Shown: piece after piece, positions 19,110 to 26,955 of the stretch | Layout of the letters: each line of letters opens with the position of its first letter | Numbering within the stretch: position 1 is the first letter of the stretch | Assembly: GCA_023248955.1 (NCBI GenBank) | Contig: JAHFDP010000020.1 | Span: 1-54,451, forward strand | DNA length: 54,451 nucleotides | Direction: 5' to 3' | Source of the DNA: Deltaproteobacteria bacterium | Lineage (GTDB): Bacteria > Myxococcota > Myxococcia > Myxococcales > JAHFDP01 | Translations under genes and position numbers: made by a program | Notes under the pieces: generated by a model | What the model was told of the DNA's origin: nothing | The model's input: the letters and a program-made list of their open reading frames with translations, nothing else | Databases searched by the model: none

Positions 19110-19290
19110 GGTTAGAGCGGTTTTCATTTGCGTCGATCCGCTGCAACGCACGATCGCCGGTCGAAAACGACGGGCTCGTCGCTGCGCTGCTCGACGCACC
19201 AGAAGTGCGCCTGCGCTGCTCGCTCCTCTCGCGCCGTTTTCGCCTCGGCGCTCGCGTGTTTCGCCAGGCTCAACGCAAATGAAAACCGCT
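19110..19290. repeat. 181-bp element bounded by a perfect 22-bp inverted repeat (TTAGAGCGGTTTTCATTTGCGT ... ACGCAAATGAAAACCGCTCTAA)
   Basis: Read directly from the sequence. It fills the convergent gap between the ferredoxin stop (19106-19108) and the hslO stop (19291-19293). Confidence 0.7.
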
Positions 19291-20196
19291 CTAAGCATCG
19301 CCGCCGCGTTCCAGGTCGGCGCGATCGATGGCATCGAGAATCGCGCGAAGTTCCGGCTCTTCCACGGCATACGATTCGCTGCAGAAATCGCAGGTCACAT
19401 CCGCGCGGTGATCGCGAATGATCATGTCGGCCACTTCCGCGGGCCCCAGCGTTGAGATGGCGCGCACCACGCCTTCTCGCGAGCAGCGACAAGCAAAACG
19501 AACCTCTTCGGTGGCGCGCAGTTCGAACGGCACGTCGCCGAGCACGTCGGTGATGAGTTCCTGCGCGCCCTTGGCCACGCGCATCGCGGACGCGAGATAA
19601 CCGTCGCGCAATTTTTGTTGCAAGCGATCGAGTAGTTCCAAATCACCGCCGGGCAATGCTTGCAATAAGATGCCCGCCACTGCGGTGAGCGGCTCGTCTT
19701 CCCAGGCGAGGACCTCGAGTGCCAGCGCGGAATAAGTTTGCTCGCTGGCGCGGAAATAGCGCTCCACACCTTGATCCAGCGCGCCATCGCCGAGATCGAC
19801 CACGCCGCGAAAAATTTTCCCCGGCCCCTGCTCACGCAAAACTGAAATGTAACCAGCACCACCGAGCGCCGGCCGAGTGGAGAAGCGGCCGTCCGGGTTG
19901 TAGAGCGGAAAATTGACGACGCGCGAGCGCACGAGGCCGCGCACATTCCCGTGCGTGTCCGCATCGACGAGCAGTCCGCGCGCGGGGCCGTCGCATTCGA
20001 CTTGAATGTTGACGCGGCCATCGGTTGGTTGAAGGGCGCCGAGCAGAAGTCCAGCGGTGAGGCCCTCGGCAAGCAGCCCCGCCGATGTTGGAGCAAGCTG
20101 GTGGCGGTCGCGCGCTGTGCGGGCAGCGGCCGTGGAAATGACGCCCAGGCACGAGAGACCGCCCGGAGCGACACCTTTCACGAGGTGATCGCGCAT
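19291..20196 (-). CDS. hslO: Redox-regulated chaperone Hsp33
   Basis: Hsp33 core plus C-terminal zinc switch 'CRCSRE...CDFCSESY'. Confidence 0.85.
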   Translation of the reverse strand: MRDHLVKGVAPGGLSCLGVISTAAARTARDRHQLAPTSAGLLAEGLTAGLLLGALQPTDGRVNIQVECDGPARGLLVDADTHGNVRGLVRSRVVNFPLYNPDGRFSTRPALGGAGYISVLREQGPGKIFRGVVDLGDGALDQGVERYFRASEQTYSALALEVLAWEDEPLTAVAGILLQALPGGDLELLDRLQQKLRDGYLASAMRVAKGAQELITDVLGDVPFELRATEEVRFACRCSREGVVRAISTLGPAEVADMIIRDHRADVTCDFCSESYAVEEPELRAILDAIDRADLERGGDA

Positions 20197-20236
20197 GCCA
20201 CAACGGTAACACGCGCGCGGCGAATTTCCTCGGGTG

Positions 20237-21136
20237 CTATTTTTTCGATTCGGAAATTTGCAGAAACGGCAACGCGCCGCCGCCGTTGTAATGCGGAAGC
20301 GCCCCGTCCCACTTGTCGATCGCTTTGCTCTGAATGAGCAGCGCGTTCAGCGTGACTTGCAAAAGTCGGTTGGCCTCCGACTGCGCCTTGGCTTTCACCA
20401 ACGTCGAATCCGCATCGCCTTGCGCTTCGGCCACTTTGGCTTTGGCGAGCGTGGTCTGCTTTTGCAATTCATATTCGGCCTGCAGCGCCTGCTGTTGCGC
20501 GGCCATTTTTTGTTGGAGCTGCGCTTCGATCGCCGCCGGAAGATGGCTCGCGCCCAAGTTCACTTTGTCGAGATGAAATCCCATTTTCTCGATGTCTTCG
20601 ATGAGCTGCTTGCGGACCGCGCCCTGCAAATCGCCGCGCCGGTCGGAGATGATGTCGGTGAGCGACATTTGCCCCGCTGCGTTCTGCGCCGCGGTAATGA
20701 TGGTGCGACGAATGAACGTGCCTTCGATCTCCTCAATGTCCGCGCCGCGAAAAGATTTGAAGACCTCTTCTGCGTGCTCGACGCTGGTGTTGTAGGTGAC
20801 CGAAATATCCTGGCGAATGTGCTGCCCTTCGCGTGTCGGCAAGTCGATGCTGTCGTCGCTTGTGGACGATCCTTCGCCCGAGCGCTTCACCATCGAGTAG
20901 GTGCGTAGCGCGATCGGATAGGACTGCACCGAGGTGACGAACGGAAGGCGCCACACGATGCCTTGCGGTTCGGCGCGCAGACTTCCGGTCCACATGTTGA
21001 AGATGACGCCGACGTTGCCGGGATTGACGACGGTGAAGGAGCTGAGCACCAGCGCGACGACGAAAATGGCGACGATGACGCTGACCATCCAACCGACTGC
21101 TTGCGGAATTACGTTGCGTGCATCGCCAATCGCCAT
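20237..21136 (-). CDS. SPFH/Band-7 (prohibitin/HflK-C-like) membrane protein
   Basis: N-terminal TM helix, SPFH core 'VTYNTSVEHAEEVFKSF', coiled-coil 'AIEAQLQQKMAAQQQALQAEYELQKQTTLAKAKVAEAQGDA'. Confidence 0.85.
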   Translation of the reverse strand: MAIGDARNVIPQAVGWMVSVIVAIFVVALVLSSFTVVNPGNVGVIFNMWTGSLRAEPQGIVWRLPFVTSVQSYPIALRTYSMVKRSGEGSSTSDDSIDLPTREGQHIRQDISVTYNTSVEHAEEVFKSFRGADIEEIEGTFIRRTIITAAQNAAGQMSLTDIISDRRGDLQGAVRKQLIEDIEKMGFHLDKVNLGASHLPAAIEAQLQQKMAAQQQALQAEYELQKQTTLAKAKVAEAQGDADSTLVKAKAQSEANRLLQVTLNALLIQSKAIDKWDGALPHYNGGGALPFLQISESKK

Positions 21137-21160
21137 GGTGTTGCTCCTTCGTGAATTGCG

Positions 21161-21334
21161 TTAGTGCCGATCGTCGTCGGAGTTGGATTTGAAATCGGCT
21201 TCGATCACTTTTCCGTAGCGGCCGTCGCTTTTGCGCCGCGTGATTCGTCGCGTGATCGCGCGCCGCAGCGGTGCGAGCGCCCACAAGAGGCCCGCGAGTA
21301 CGAGCAGAAGAACCAGAAGTTCGGCCAGCTCCAT
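21161..21334 (-). CDS. Small membrane-anchored protein (57 aa) immediately upstream of the SPFH gene
   Basis: ATG start, sequence 'MELAELLVLLLVLAGLLWALAPLRRAITRR...'. Hand-translated; below the 60-aa track cutoff. Confidence 0.3.
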   Translation of the reverse strand: MELAELLVLLLVLAGLLWALAPLRRAITRRITRRKSDGRYGKVIEADFKSNSDDDRH

Positions 21335-21412
21335 GGCGGCTCCATTAGCACACGGCAGAGGTGGAGTGCGCGGACGTGCGCCACCTGGTGCTGGCGTGGT
21401 TGGCTGTAGCGC

Positions 21413-22414
21413 CTACCCGCTTGGCAGCACGCTGCGAATCGTCTCTCGCAGCGTGAACGCTGGCTTGAATTCGAGATCCTTGCGCGCACGCGAGCCGTCG
21501 ACCGTGCAGAGAAATTGCAAGTAATCGAGCTCCGGCGCCGGAAAGCTCACCAGATGGTACTGCCATAACTTATGGAGCAGTCCACGCGCGATCGGGTGCG
21601 GCATTGGAATCGATGATCGATTGAGTTCGCGCAATACCGCCGAAAGCGGCACTTCACCAGGGCCGACCACGTTGAAGACGCCGCGCACGCCGGGCTTGAG
21701 CGCGGCCTGCATGGCGCGGCAAGCATCTTCCTGATGAATGAGCTGCACCATGGGATCGAATCCGGCCAGCGTCCACGGATGCGCGAGTCGCAAATAATTC
21801 GCCGGCGCATTCTTGATGTCCGGCCCTACGATGTGCACGGGCCGCAACACCACCGTTTCCACTTCGGGATGTCGCCACATGAACTGCTGCGCGTACATGT
21901 CGACTTCGATGAGGTCGCGTACTTCGGCGAAGCGGGACGCGGCCATCAGCGGCGAATCCTCGGTGAGGAAATTGTCGTTGTCGGGATGCGGTCCGTAGAC
22001 GCTGGCCGAAGAGAGCACCACGACTTTGGGCACGTGGTACCGCGCGCAGTAGTCGAGCACGAGATGCGTGCCAAGGACGTTGAAGGTGTGGTGCTCGCGC
22101 GCCGGCAGACGCGGGTCGTGCATGATGCCCATGTGAATGAGCGCCCTCACATGGCCGCGGCGAAAAACGTCTTCGACTTTCTTGCGCCGGATGTCGATGA
22201 GGTGAACTTCAAGATCCTTGGGCTTGCCGCGCATCGGACGGCGATCGATTCCGATCACACGCTCTGATTTGTGCAAGAGCTTGGCGAGCGTGCGGCCTAG
22301 GTTTCCGCTGATGCCCGTGATGACCACGCCGCCCGCGTGAAGGGCGACGGGTGCTTCGTCGTCGAACGGTGCTTCTTCCACGGTGAAGTCCGGAATTTCC
22401 TCACCAGAAGACAT
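21413..22414 (-). CDS. NAD-dependent epimerase/dehydratase (extended SDR)
   Basis: 'VVITGISGNLGRTLAKLL' Rossmann motif and a catalytic YxxxK region. The ATG at 22414 avoids overlap with the upstream gene; the longest ORF runs to 22459. Confidence 0.8.
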   Translation of the reverse strand: MSSGEEIPDFTVEEAPFDDEAPVALHAGGVVITGISGNLGRTLAKLLHKSERVIGIDRRPMRGKPKDLEVHLIDIRRKKVEDVFRRGHVRALIHMGIMHDPRLPAREHHTFNVLGTHLVLDYCARYHVPKVVVLSSASVYGPHPDNDNFLTEDSPLMAASRFAEVRDLIEVDMYAQQFMWRHPEVETVVLRPVHIVGPDIKNAPANYLRLAHPWTLAGFDPMVQLIHQEDACRAMQAALKPGVRGVFNVVGPGEVPLSAVLRELNRSSIPMPHPIARGLLHKLWQYHLVSFPAPELDYLQFLCTVDGSRARKDLEFKPAFTLRETIRSVLPSG

Positions 22415-23285
22415 GCTGCCTCTGCGCAACTCCAGTTCGGAGCATGCTCTGAATCGCATCTTTCACTTGCCGCACTTTGCGTTGTAGCTCGGCGTCTTCG
22501 CCATTTGCGTCGCCGGCAAAGCGCATCGGTTCGCCGAAAAAAACGCGATATTTCGTCGGCAGTGGAATCGGTAATCCGGTTGGTGTCACAGGGAAGGACG
22601 GAAAGCCGATGAGCTTCGCCAGCGGTTTGAGATCGTAGAGATTCGGCGCTTGTTCTTCCGCACCGACGACGGCTACCGGAACGATCGGCGTGTTCGTCTC
22701 CAGAGCGAGCCGCATGAAACCGAGACCGAATTCTTGCAGCTGATAACGATGCTCCCAGGTCTTGTTGAGACCGCGCACGCCCTCCGGAAAAACTTGGATT
22801 GCTTCGCCAGCAGCGAGAAGACGGCGACAATTTTCTGGGGTGCCGACGACCTGTCCAGCGCGCGCCAAAATAGTGGAAACAAACGGCAGTGTCGGAACCC
22901 ACTTCTCCACCATCGATCGCACCACGCGCGGCGGATCGGCTTCGCACAACATGGCCATGGCGATCATGGCGCCGTCGAGCGGAAGTTGGCCCGAGTGGTT
23001 GGCGATGAGCAGCACGCGACCGGCGGGAATTTTTTCGATGCCGTGCGTCTCGACGCGGAAATATTTTTTGTAGAGCCACAGCACTGGCGCGATAGCAGCT
23101 TTGGAGAAGTCGAGATCGAAGCCGAAGGGATCGACGCCGTATTCGTTTTGCGGCGGTGCGATGCGGTTGAGACGTTGTTCGAGCTCGTTGCCACCGAGCT
23201 TCAGCGTCCAGCTCTGCATGGCGCCTTTCACACGGCCAAGAATGCCGCGCGGCTGTTCCTGATAACGCGTGAGCTGGCCCGCCAT
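22401..23285 (-). CDS. Lysophospholipid (1-acyl-glycerol-3-phosphate-type) acyltransferase, PlsC family
   Basis: HX4D motif 'IANHSGQLPLD', 'VFPEGVRG', 'PIVPVAVVG'. Confidence 0.8.
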   Translation of the reverse strand: MAGQLTRYQEQPRGILGRVKGAMQSWTLKLGGNELEQRLNRIAPPQNEYGVDPFGFDLDFSKAAIAPVLWLYKKYFRVETHGIEKIPAGRVLLIANHSGQLPLDGAMIAMAMLCEADPPRVVRSMVEKWVPTLPFVSTILARAGQVVGTPENCRRLLAAGEAIQVFPEGVRGLNKTWEHRYQLQEFGLGFMRLALETNTPIVPVAVVGAEEQAPNLYDLKPLAKLIGFPSFPVTPTGLPIPLPTKYRVFFGEPMRFAGDANGEDAELQRKVRQVKDAIQSMLRTGVAQRQHVFW

Positions 23286-23295
23286 GGGCTTGGGC

Positions 23296-24198
23296 TTATA
23301 GCAACCGCTGCGCAGCGGCTCCTAGGGTGACTACTTCTGCGCGCCTCGCAATGTTGGCAATCGCGCTCTGTACGCGAGCGAGCTTTAGAGCGGCGGGTAG
23401 TCGCAGATCGCGTTGAGCCGCGCCTAGCGCCGGTGGGATGCCATCTTCAAGTCCTATGAAATCGACGCCGTGGAGCTCGAAGGAAAGATGCGGCCCGCGC
23501 AAAGTGGAAATGAGCGCGGCGCAGATTCGCTCCGGCGTCAAGACCGCGACTGTTCCGATGAATGGAATCCGAAGCGCGGGGACGACAGCCATCGGCAATT
23601 CGATGAGGCCGTTTTCGAGACGGTGCGGTGCGGTCGAAGCGAAGAGTTGCGCGGGCGATCCGAGAATCGATCGGCTTTCTCGACCGAGCAGCCGGTAGAA
23701 ACCAATCGCTGCCACCTTTGCCAAATAGTAGGGCGGCGACCCGAGAGCGGATGCGTCGTAAACGTAGCCTTGCGCGTGAACGGCATCGAGCAGCGCGGGC
23801 GAAAGCGTGTAGCCCGGCGCGCGAAAACCGATCGGCGCTACGCCAGTTGCCGCCGCGATCGTTTCGTGTGCGCGCGCGAGATCCGCGGCGATCGTTTCGC
23901 GCGGCGATCGGGAGAGTGCGTAGTCGTGTGCGTACGAGTGGCTGGCGATTTCGTGACCCGCTTCGGCGGCAAATTTCAGCGCTGCACGGGATTCGTTGTC
24001 GGTTTCGTAATCACGTCCGATTGCGAAAAAGGTGGCTTTGATTTTCAGCTCGGAAAAAAGCGCGCACGCGCGGGCCAGAGCAAGTGCCGGTACCGCGCGG
24101 CCCGCGCGCGTGTCGATCAGGTTGCGACCAAGTCCGTGAATCGCGGCGTAGCAGCCAAGCGAATCGAGATCGACGGAGATAGACGCAAGCGGGGTCAG
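23296..24198 (-). CDS. Polysaccharide deacetylase family protein (NodB-fold, ArnD-like 'TFF' subtype); start codon unresolved
   Basis: Hand translation of the minus strand gives a continuous 300-aa frame: 'ISVDLDSLGCYAAIHGL...IKATFFAIGRDYE...AGHEIASHSYAHDY...'. The frame contains no in-frame ATG, GTG or TTG upstream of TTG 23724, which is why the ORF track truncates it. Candidate CTG (24198) or ATT (24210) overlaps the stop of the upstream beta-barrel gene. Confidence 0.5.
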   Translation of the reverse strand: MTPLASISVDLDSLGCYAAIHGLGRNLIDTRAGRAVPALALARACALFSELKIKATFFAIGRDYETDNESRAALKFAAEAGHEIASHSYAHDYALSRSPRETIAADLARAHETIAAATGVAPIGFRAPGYTLSPALLDAVHAQGYVYDASALGSPPYYLAKVAAIGFYRLLGRESRSILGSPAQLFASTAPHRLENGLIELPMAVVPALRIPFIGTVAVLTPERICAALISTLRGPHLSFELHGVDFIGLEDGIPPALGAAQRDLRLPAALKLARVQSAIANIARRAEVVTLGAAAQRLL

Positions 24199-24199
24199 A

Positions 24200-24709
24200 C
24201 TAGAACCAATAGCGGAGATTCTCGCTGTACCCGAAATAGAAACCGCCGATATCGCTCGGAATCACGAGGAAGGTCGGACGAATTTCTTGCACGAACTCCA
24301 GCGGGAATTTTTTTAATTGAACGCCGATTCCGGCGATACCAGCCACGCCGACGATGGCGCCGCTGACGGACCCAACTTTATAAAAACCCGAGCTCAAGCC
24401 GCCACCCAAGTTCCAGTTGATACTAACGGCGTCATTGCCCCAAATCGTGGGCATCTCGTAGATACCGTCGACGGTCGCCGCGAATCCGATGGAGGAAAGT
24501 CCCACCGCCGCCTGAACGCCCAGCTTGTCAGAGAGGTAGTATTTCGCGCTTCCGCACACATAGCAGAAGTTGGAATAGTTAATTCCAACTCCAAATTTTC
24601 CAGCCTTGGAAAATGGCGTGGCGCCGTCCGCGAACGCGGGGGTGGCGGTGAACAGCGCTGCGGAGAGAAGCAGGGTTTTGACGATCATCTTCATTTGTGT
24701 GCGCTCCAT
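24200..24709 (-). CDS. Small outer-membrane beta-barrel protein (OmpW/OmpA-beta-barrel-like)
   Basis: Signal peptide 'MKMIVKTLLLSAALFTATPAFA'. Alternating hydrophobic beta-strands, Gly-rich turns, C-terminal aromatic 'YWF'. Alternative start 24694. Confidence 0.55.
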   Translation of the reverse strand: MERTQMKMIVKTLLLSAALFTATPAFADGATPFSKAGKFGVGINYSNFCYVCGSAKYYLSDKLGVQAAVGLSSIGFAATVDGIYEMPTIWGNDAVSINWNLGGGLSSGFYKVGSVSGAIVGVAGIAGIGVQLKKFPLEFVQEIRPTFLVIPSDIGGFYFGYSENLRYWF

Positions 24710-24822
24710 TGGCGGCGAATCCGGGAGGGAACAGGCGAATTCGCCGATGGTTTTTGGAAATGTCTCAGGCCCTCCACCTGACGGCGGCAATCTTGTGGGT
24801 TGGGGGAGGTTGAGTCAATTAC

Positions 24823-25536
24823 TTAACGGTGTCTGATCCGAATGACCCAGAACAACTTCACGAGCGATTTCAGCACGCGCGGGACGCGCTTGAAAAGATG
24901 AATGCTCGGCGGCCGCTTCTCGTGCAGCGAGAGCGGAATCTCCTCCACGCGGCGATCCATGCGCGACGCGCGAATCACGAACTCGCTGGCGAAGAGATCG
25001 CGATCGACGACGCAGGCCATGGCCACCGGCAACAGCCGTGCGCGGCGAAACGCTTTGACGCCGTGCGTATCGGTGCCGCGAAAGCCGAGGACGATGCGCA
25101 ACAGTCCGTTTAGGATCAGCGTTGCCGCGCGGCGCAAGGGCGGTCGATCGTCGTGGGCGTCGCGCATCGCTTTCGATCCGACGACCATGTCCGGACCACC
25201 CACGGCGCGCAGCATCGGCAGTGCGTGATCGTAAAACTGTTCGACGAAGCAGAGATCGATCTCGTCGCAAACGACGAACGTTCCCTCGGCGGCGAGAATG
25301 CCCGCGCGCATGGCCTTGCCGTAATTCGGTTCGCCGATTTTTAAATGACGAACGCGCGGGTGAGCTGCCTCGATGCGTGAAATTGCTTCCGGCGTCGCGT
25401 CCTTCGAGCCGTTTTCGCAGAGGAGAACTTCGTAATCTAGATGGCGTTGATCCAGCGCGGCGCAGAGCTCGCGTGCGGCTGGTTCCACGAACGCTGCTTC
25501 GTTGTAGACCGGAATGACGACGGAAAGTTCGGGCAT
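24823..25536 (-). CDS. Family-2 glycosyltransferase (polyprenyl-phosphate sugar transferase-like)
   Basis: 'LSVVIPVYNE', 'YEVLLCENGSKD', 'FVVCDEIDL' DxD-type motif. Confidence 0.8.
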   Translation of the reverse strand: MPELSVVIPVYNEAAFVEPAARELCAALDQRHLDYEVLLCENGSKDATPEAISRIEAAHPRVRHLKIGEPNYGKAMRAGILAAEGTFVVCDEIDLCFVEQFYDHALPMLRAVGGPDMVVGSKAMRDAHDDRPPLRRAATLILNGLLRIVLGFRGTDTHGVKAFRRARLLPVAMACVVDRDLFASEFVIRASRMDRRVEEIPLSLHEKRPPSIHLFKRVPRVLKSLVKLFWVIRIRHR

Positions 25537-25538
25537 GG

Positions 25539-26867
25539 CTAGGCCGCGCGACTCGACAAAATGTTCAGCGCGGCCGTGCGACCGGTGAGCAGCGCGTCTT
25601 CCATCGAGCTGTATTCCCACAATCCATAACGTCCAGCGAGAGCGATGCCCGCGCGCGCGGCCGCGTCCAGCACGGTCTTGCGGGCCTCCGCGTAGGCTTG
25701 ATCGAAAAGCACGTACGCCGTCGGAATGGTGCGTGAGCGCGCTAGGACGACTTCTTTCGCCTCGAGAAAACCGTTCGCGGCGAGGCCCTCGATCGCCTGG
25801 CGCACGAGTGACGCGCCATCCACGGGACCACGATGCGAAAATTCAACGGCGAAGCTGTGCGTCCCTTGCGGTGCCAATGAAGTGTGAACCTGAGACGGCG
25901 AACCGGCGCGGTAAAATGGAAGTGTCGATTCAGGAAAATAGCACCAGTGAAAGGATCGCTTCGGCGATCCGCGAACGCCCAATTCGACGGTAGTGACGCT
26001 GACTGAACGCAGCTTTTCAGCCGCCGCACGGAGCGCGTCGGTGGGCGCGCTCCACAACTCACACAGACGCTTGAGCGGAAGCGTGCTGATGAGCGAGCGA
26101 TAATGAATGGATGCGCCATCGTCGAGCCGTACTTCGCGCCGCGCCGGATCGATCGCGGTCACACGCCGTCCCGTGTGCACGCAGTTCTTGTTCAAGCGAC
26201 TTGCGAGCGCGCGCGGCAAGGATTCGATGCCGCCTTCACGCGGATACCAGAAGGTCGCGTTGTAGCCGGCGCCGTCGTCTTCGAGCCCGAGCGCCCCGCG
26301 CACGACCTGGGTCAAGCTCGGTCGCGGAACGAAGCGTCCGCCCCATTCGGCGGAGAGTTCTTCGGGCGGAACGGTGAAGAGTTTGGTGTTGTAGGGAAAA
26401 AGAAAACGTTCGCAGATGCCGCGGCCCAAATGGCGCAGCGCAAATTCCGCGGAGTTCGCGGGCGGTCGGTCACGAAGCGCGCGGCCGCCTTCTCCGAAAT
26501 TCGCCTCCATGAAACCGAGCACGCACTGGGACACGGTCTCCGGGGGCAATCCATGCATGTTGATCTGATACGGAAAGCGCGTGACCACGTTTTGCGAATA
26601 GATGATCGCGCGCCGCTCGACGGTGACCAGATTACCCGGCAGCCATTCCTGTTCGATGCGCGCGCGCATCTGCGGATCGCGCGCGTGAAACCAGTGGCCA
26701 GTCCAGTCGAAGGAAAAACCGTCGACAACGTCCGTGCGCGCGAGACCGCCAACGGTGGATTCAGCTTCGATGAGTCGCCAGTCGCAAGTGCCTAAATGAT
26801 AAGCGGCCGAGAGCCCGGCCAGCCCGCCGCCGAGAATCAAGACGTCGGTGTTGACCGTGTCCATCAT
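25539..26867 (-). CDS. FAD/NAD(P)-binding oxidoreductase (amine-oxidase / UDP-galactopyranose-mutase-like fold)
   Basis: 'DVLILGGGLAGLSAAYHL....L.E....GG...T....GF.FD.TGHWFH'. Start chosen at the MMDTVN ATG. Confidence 0.7.
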   Translation of the reverse strand: MMDTVNTDVLILGGGLAGLSAAYHLGTCDWRLIEAESTVGGLARTDVVDGFSFDWTGHWFHARDPQMRARIEQEWLPGNLVTVERRAIIYSQNVVTRFPYQINMHGLPPETVSQCVLGFMEANFGEGGRALRDRPPANSAEFALRHLGRGICERFLFPYNTKLFTVPPEELSAEWGGRFVPRPSLTQVVRGALGLEDDGAGYNATFWYPREGGIESLPRALASRLNKNCVHTGRRVTAIDPARREVRLDDGASIHYRSLISTLPLKRLCELWSAPTDALRAAAEKLRSVSVTTVELGVRGSPKRSFHWCYFPESTLPFYRAGSPSQVHTSLAPQGTHSFAVEFSHRGPVDGASLVRQAIEGLAANGFLEAKEVVLARSRTIPTAYVLFDQAYAEARKTVLDAAARAGIALAGRYGLWEYSSMEDALLTGRTAALNILSSRAA

Positions 26868-26955
26868 CGTCTCGCGTTCTAGCACTCTTGTACGATGGGC
26901 TTCCATCGCGGCTGGACTTGAACCAGGACCTGAACGATTCTGCTGCAGCAAACCG

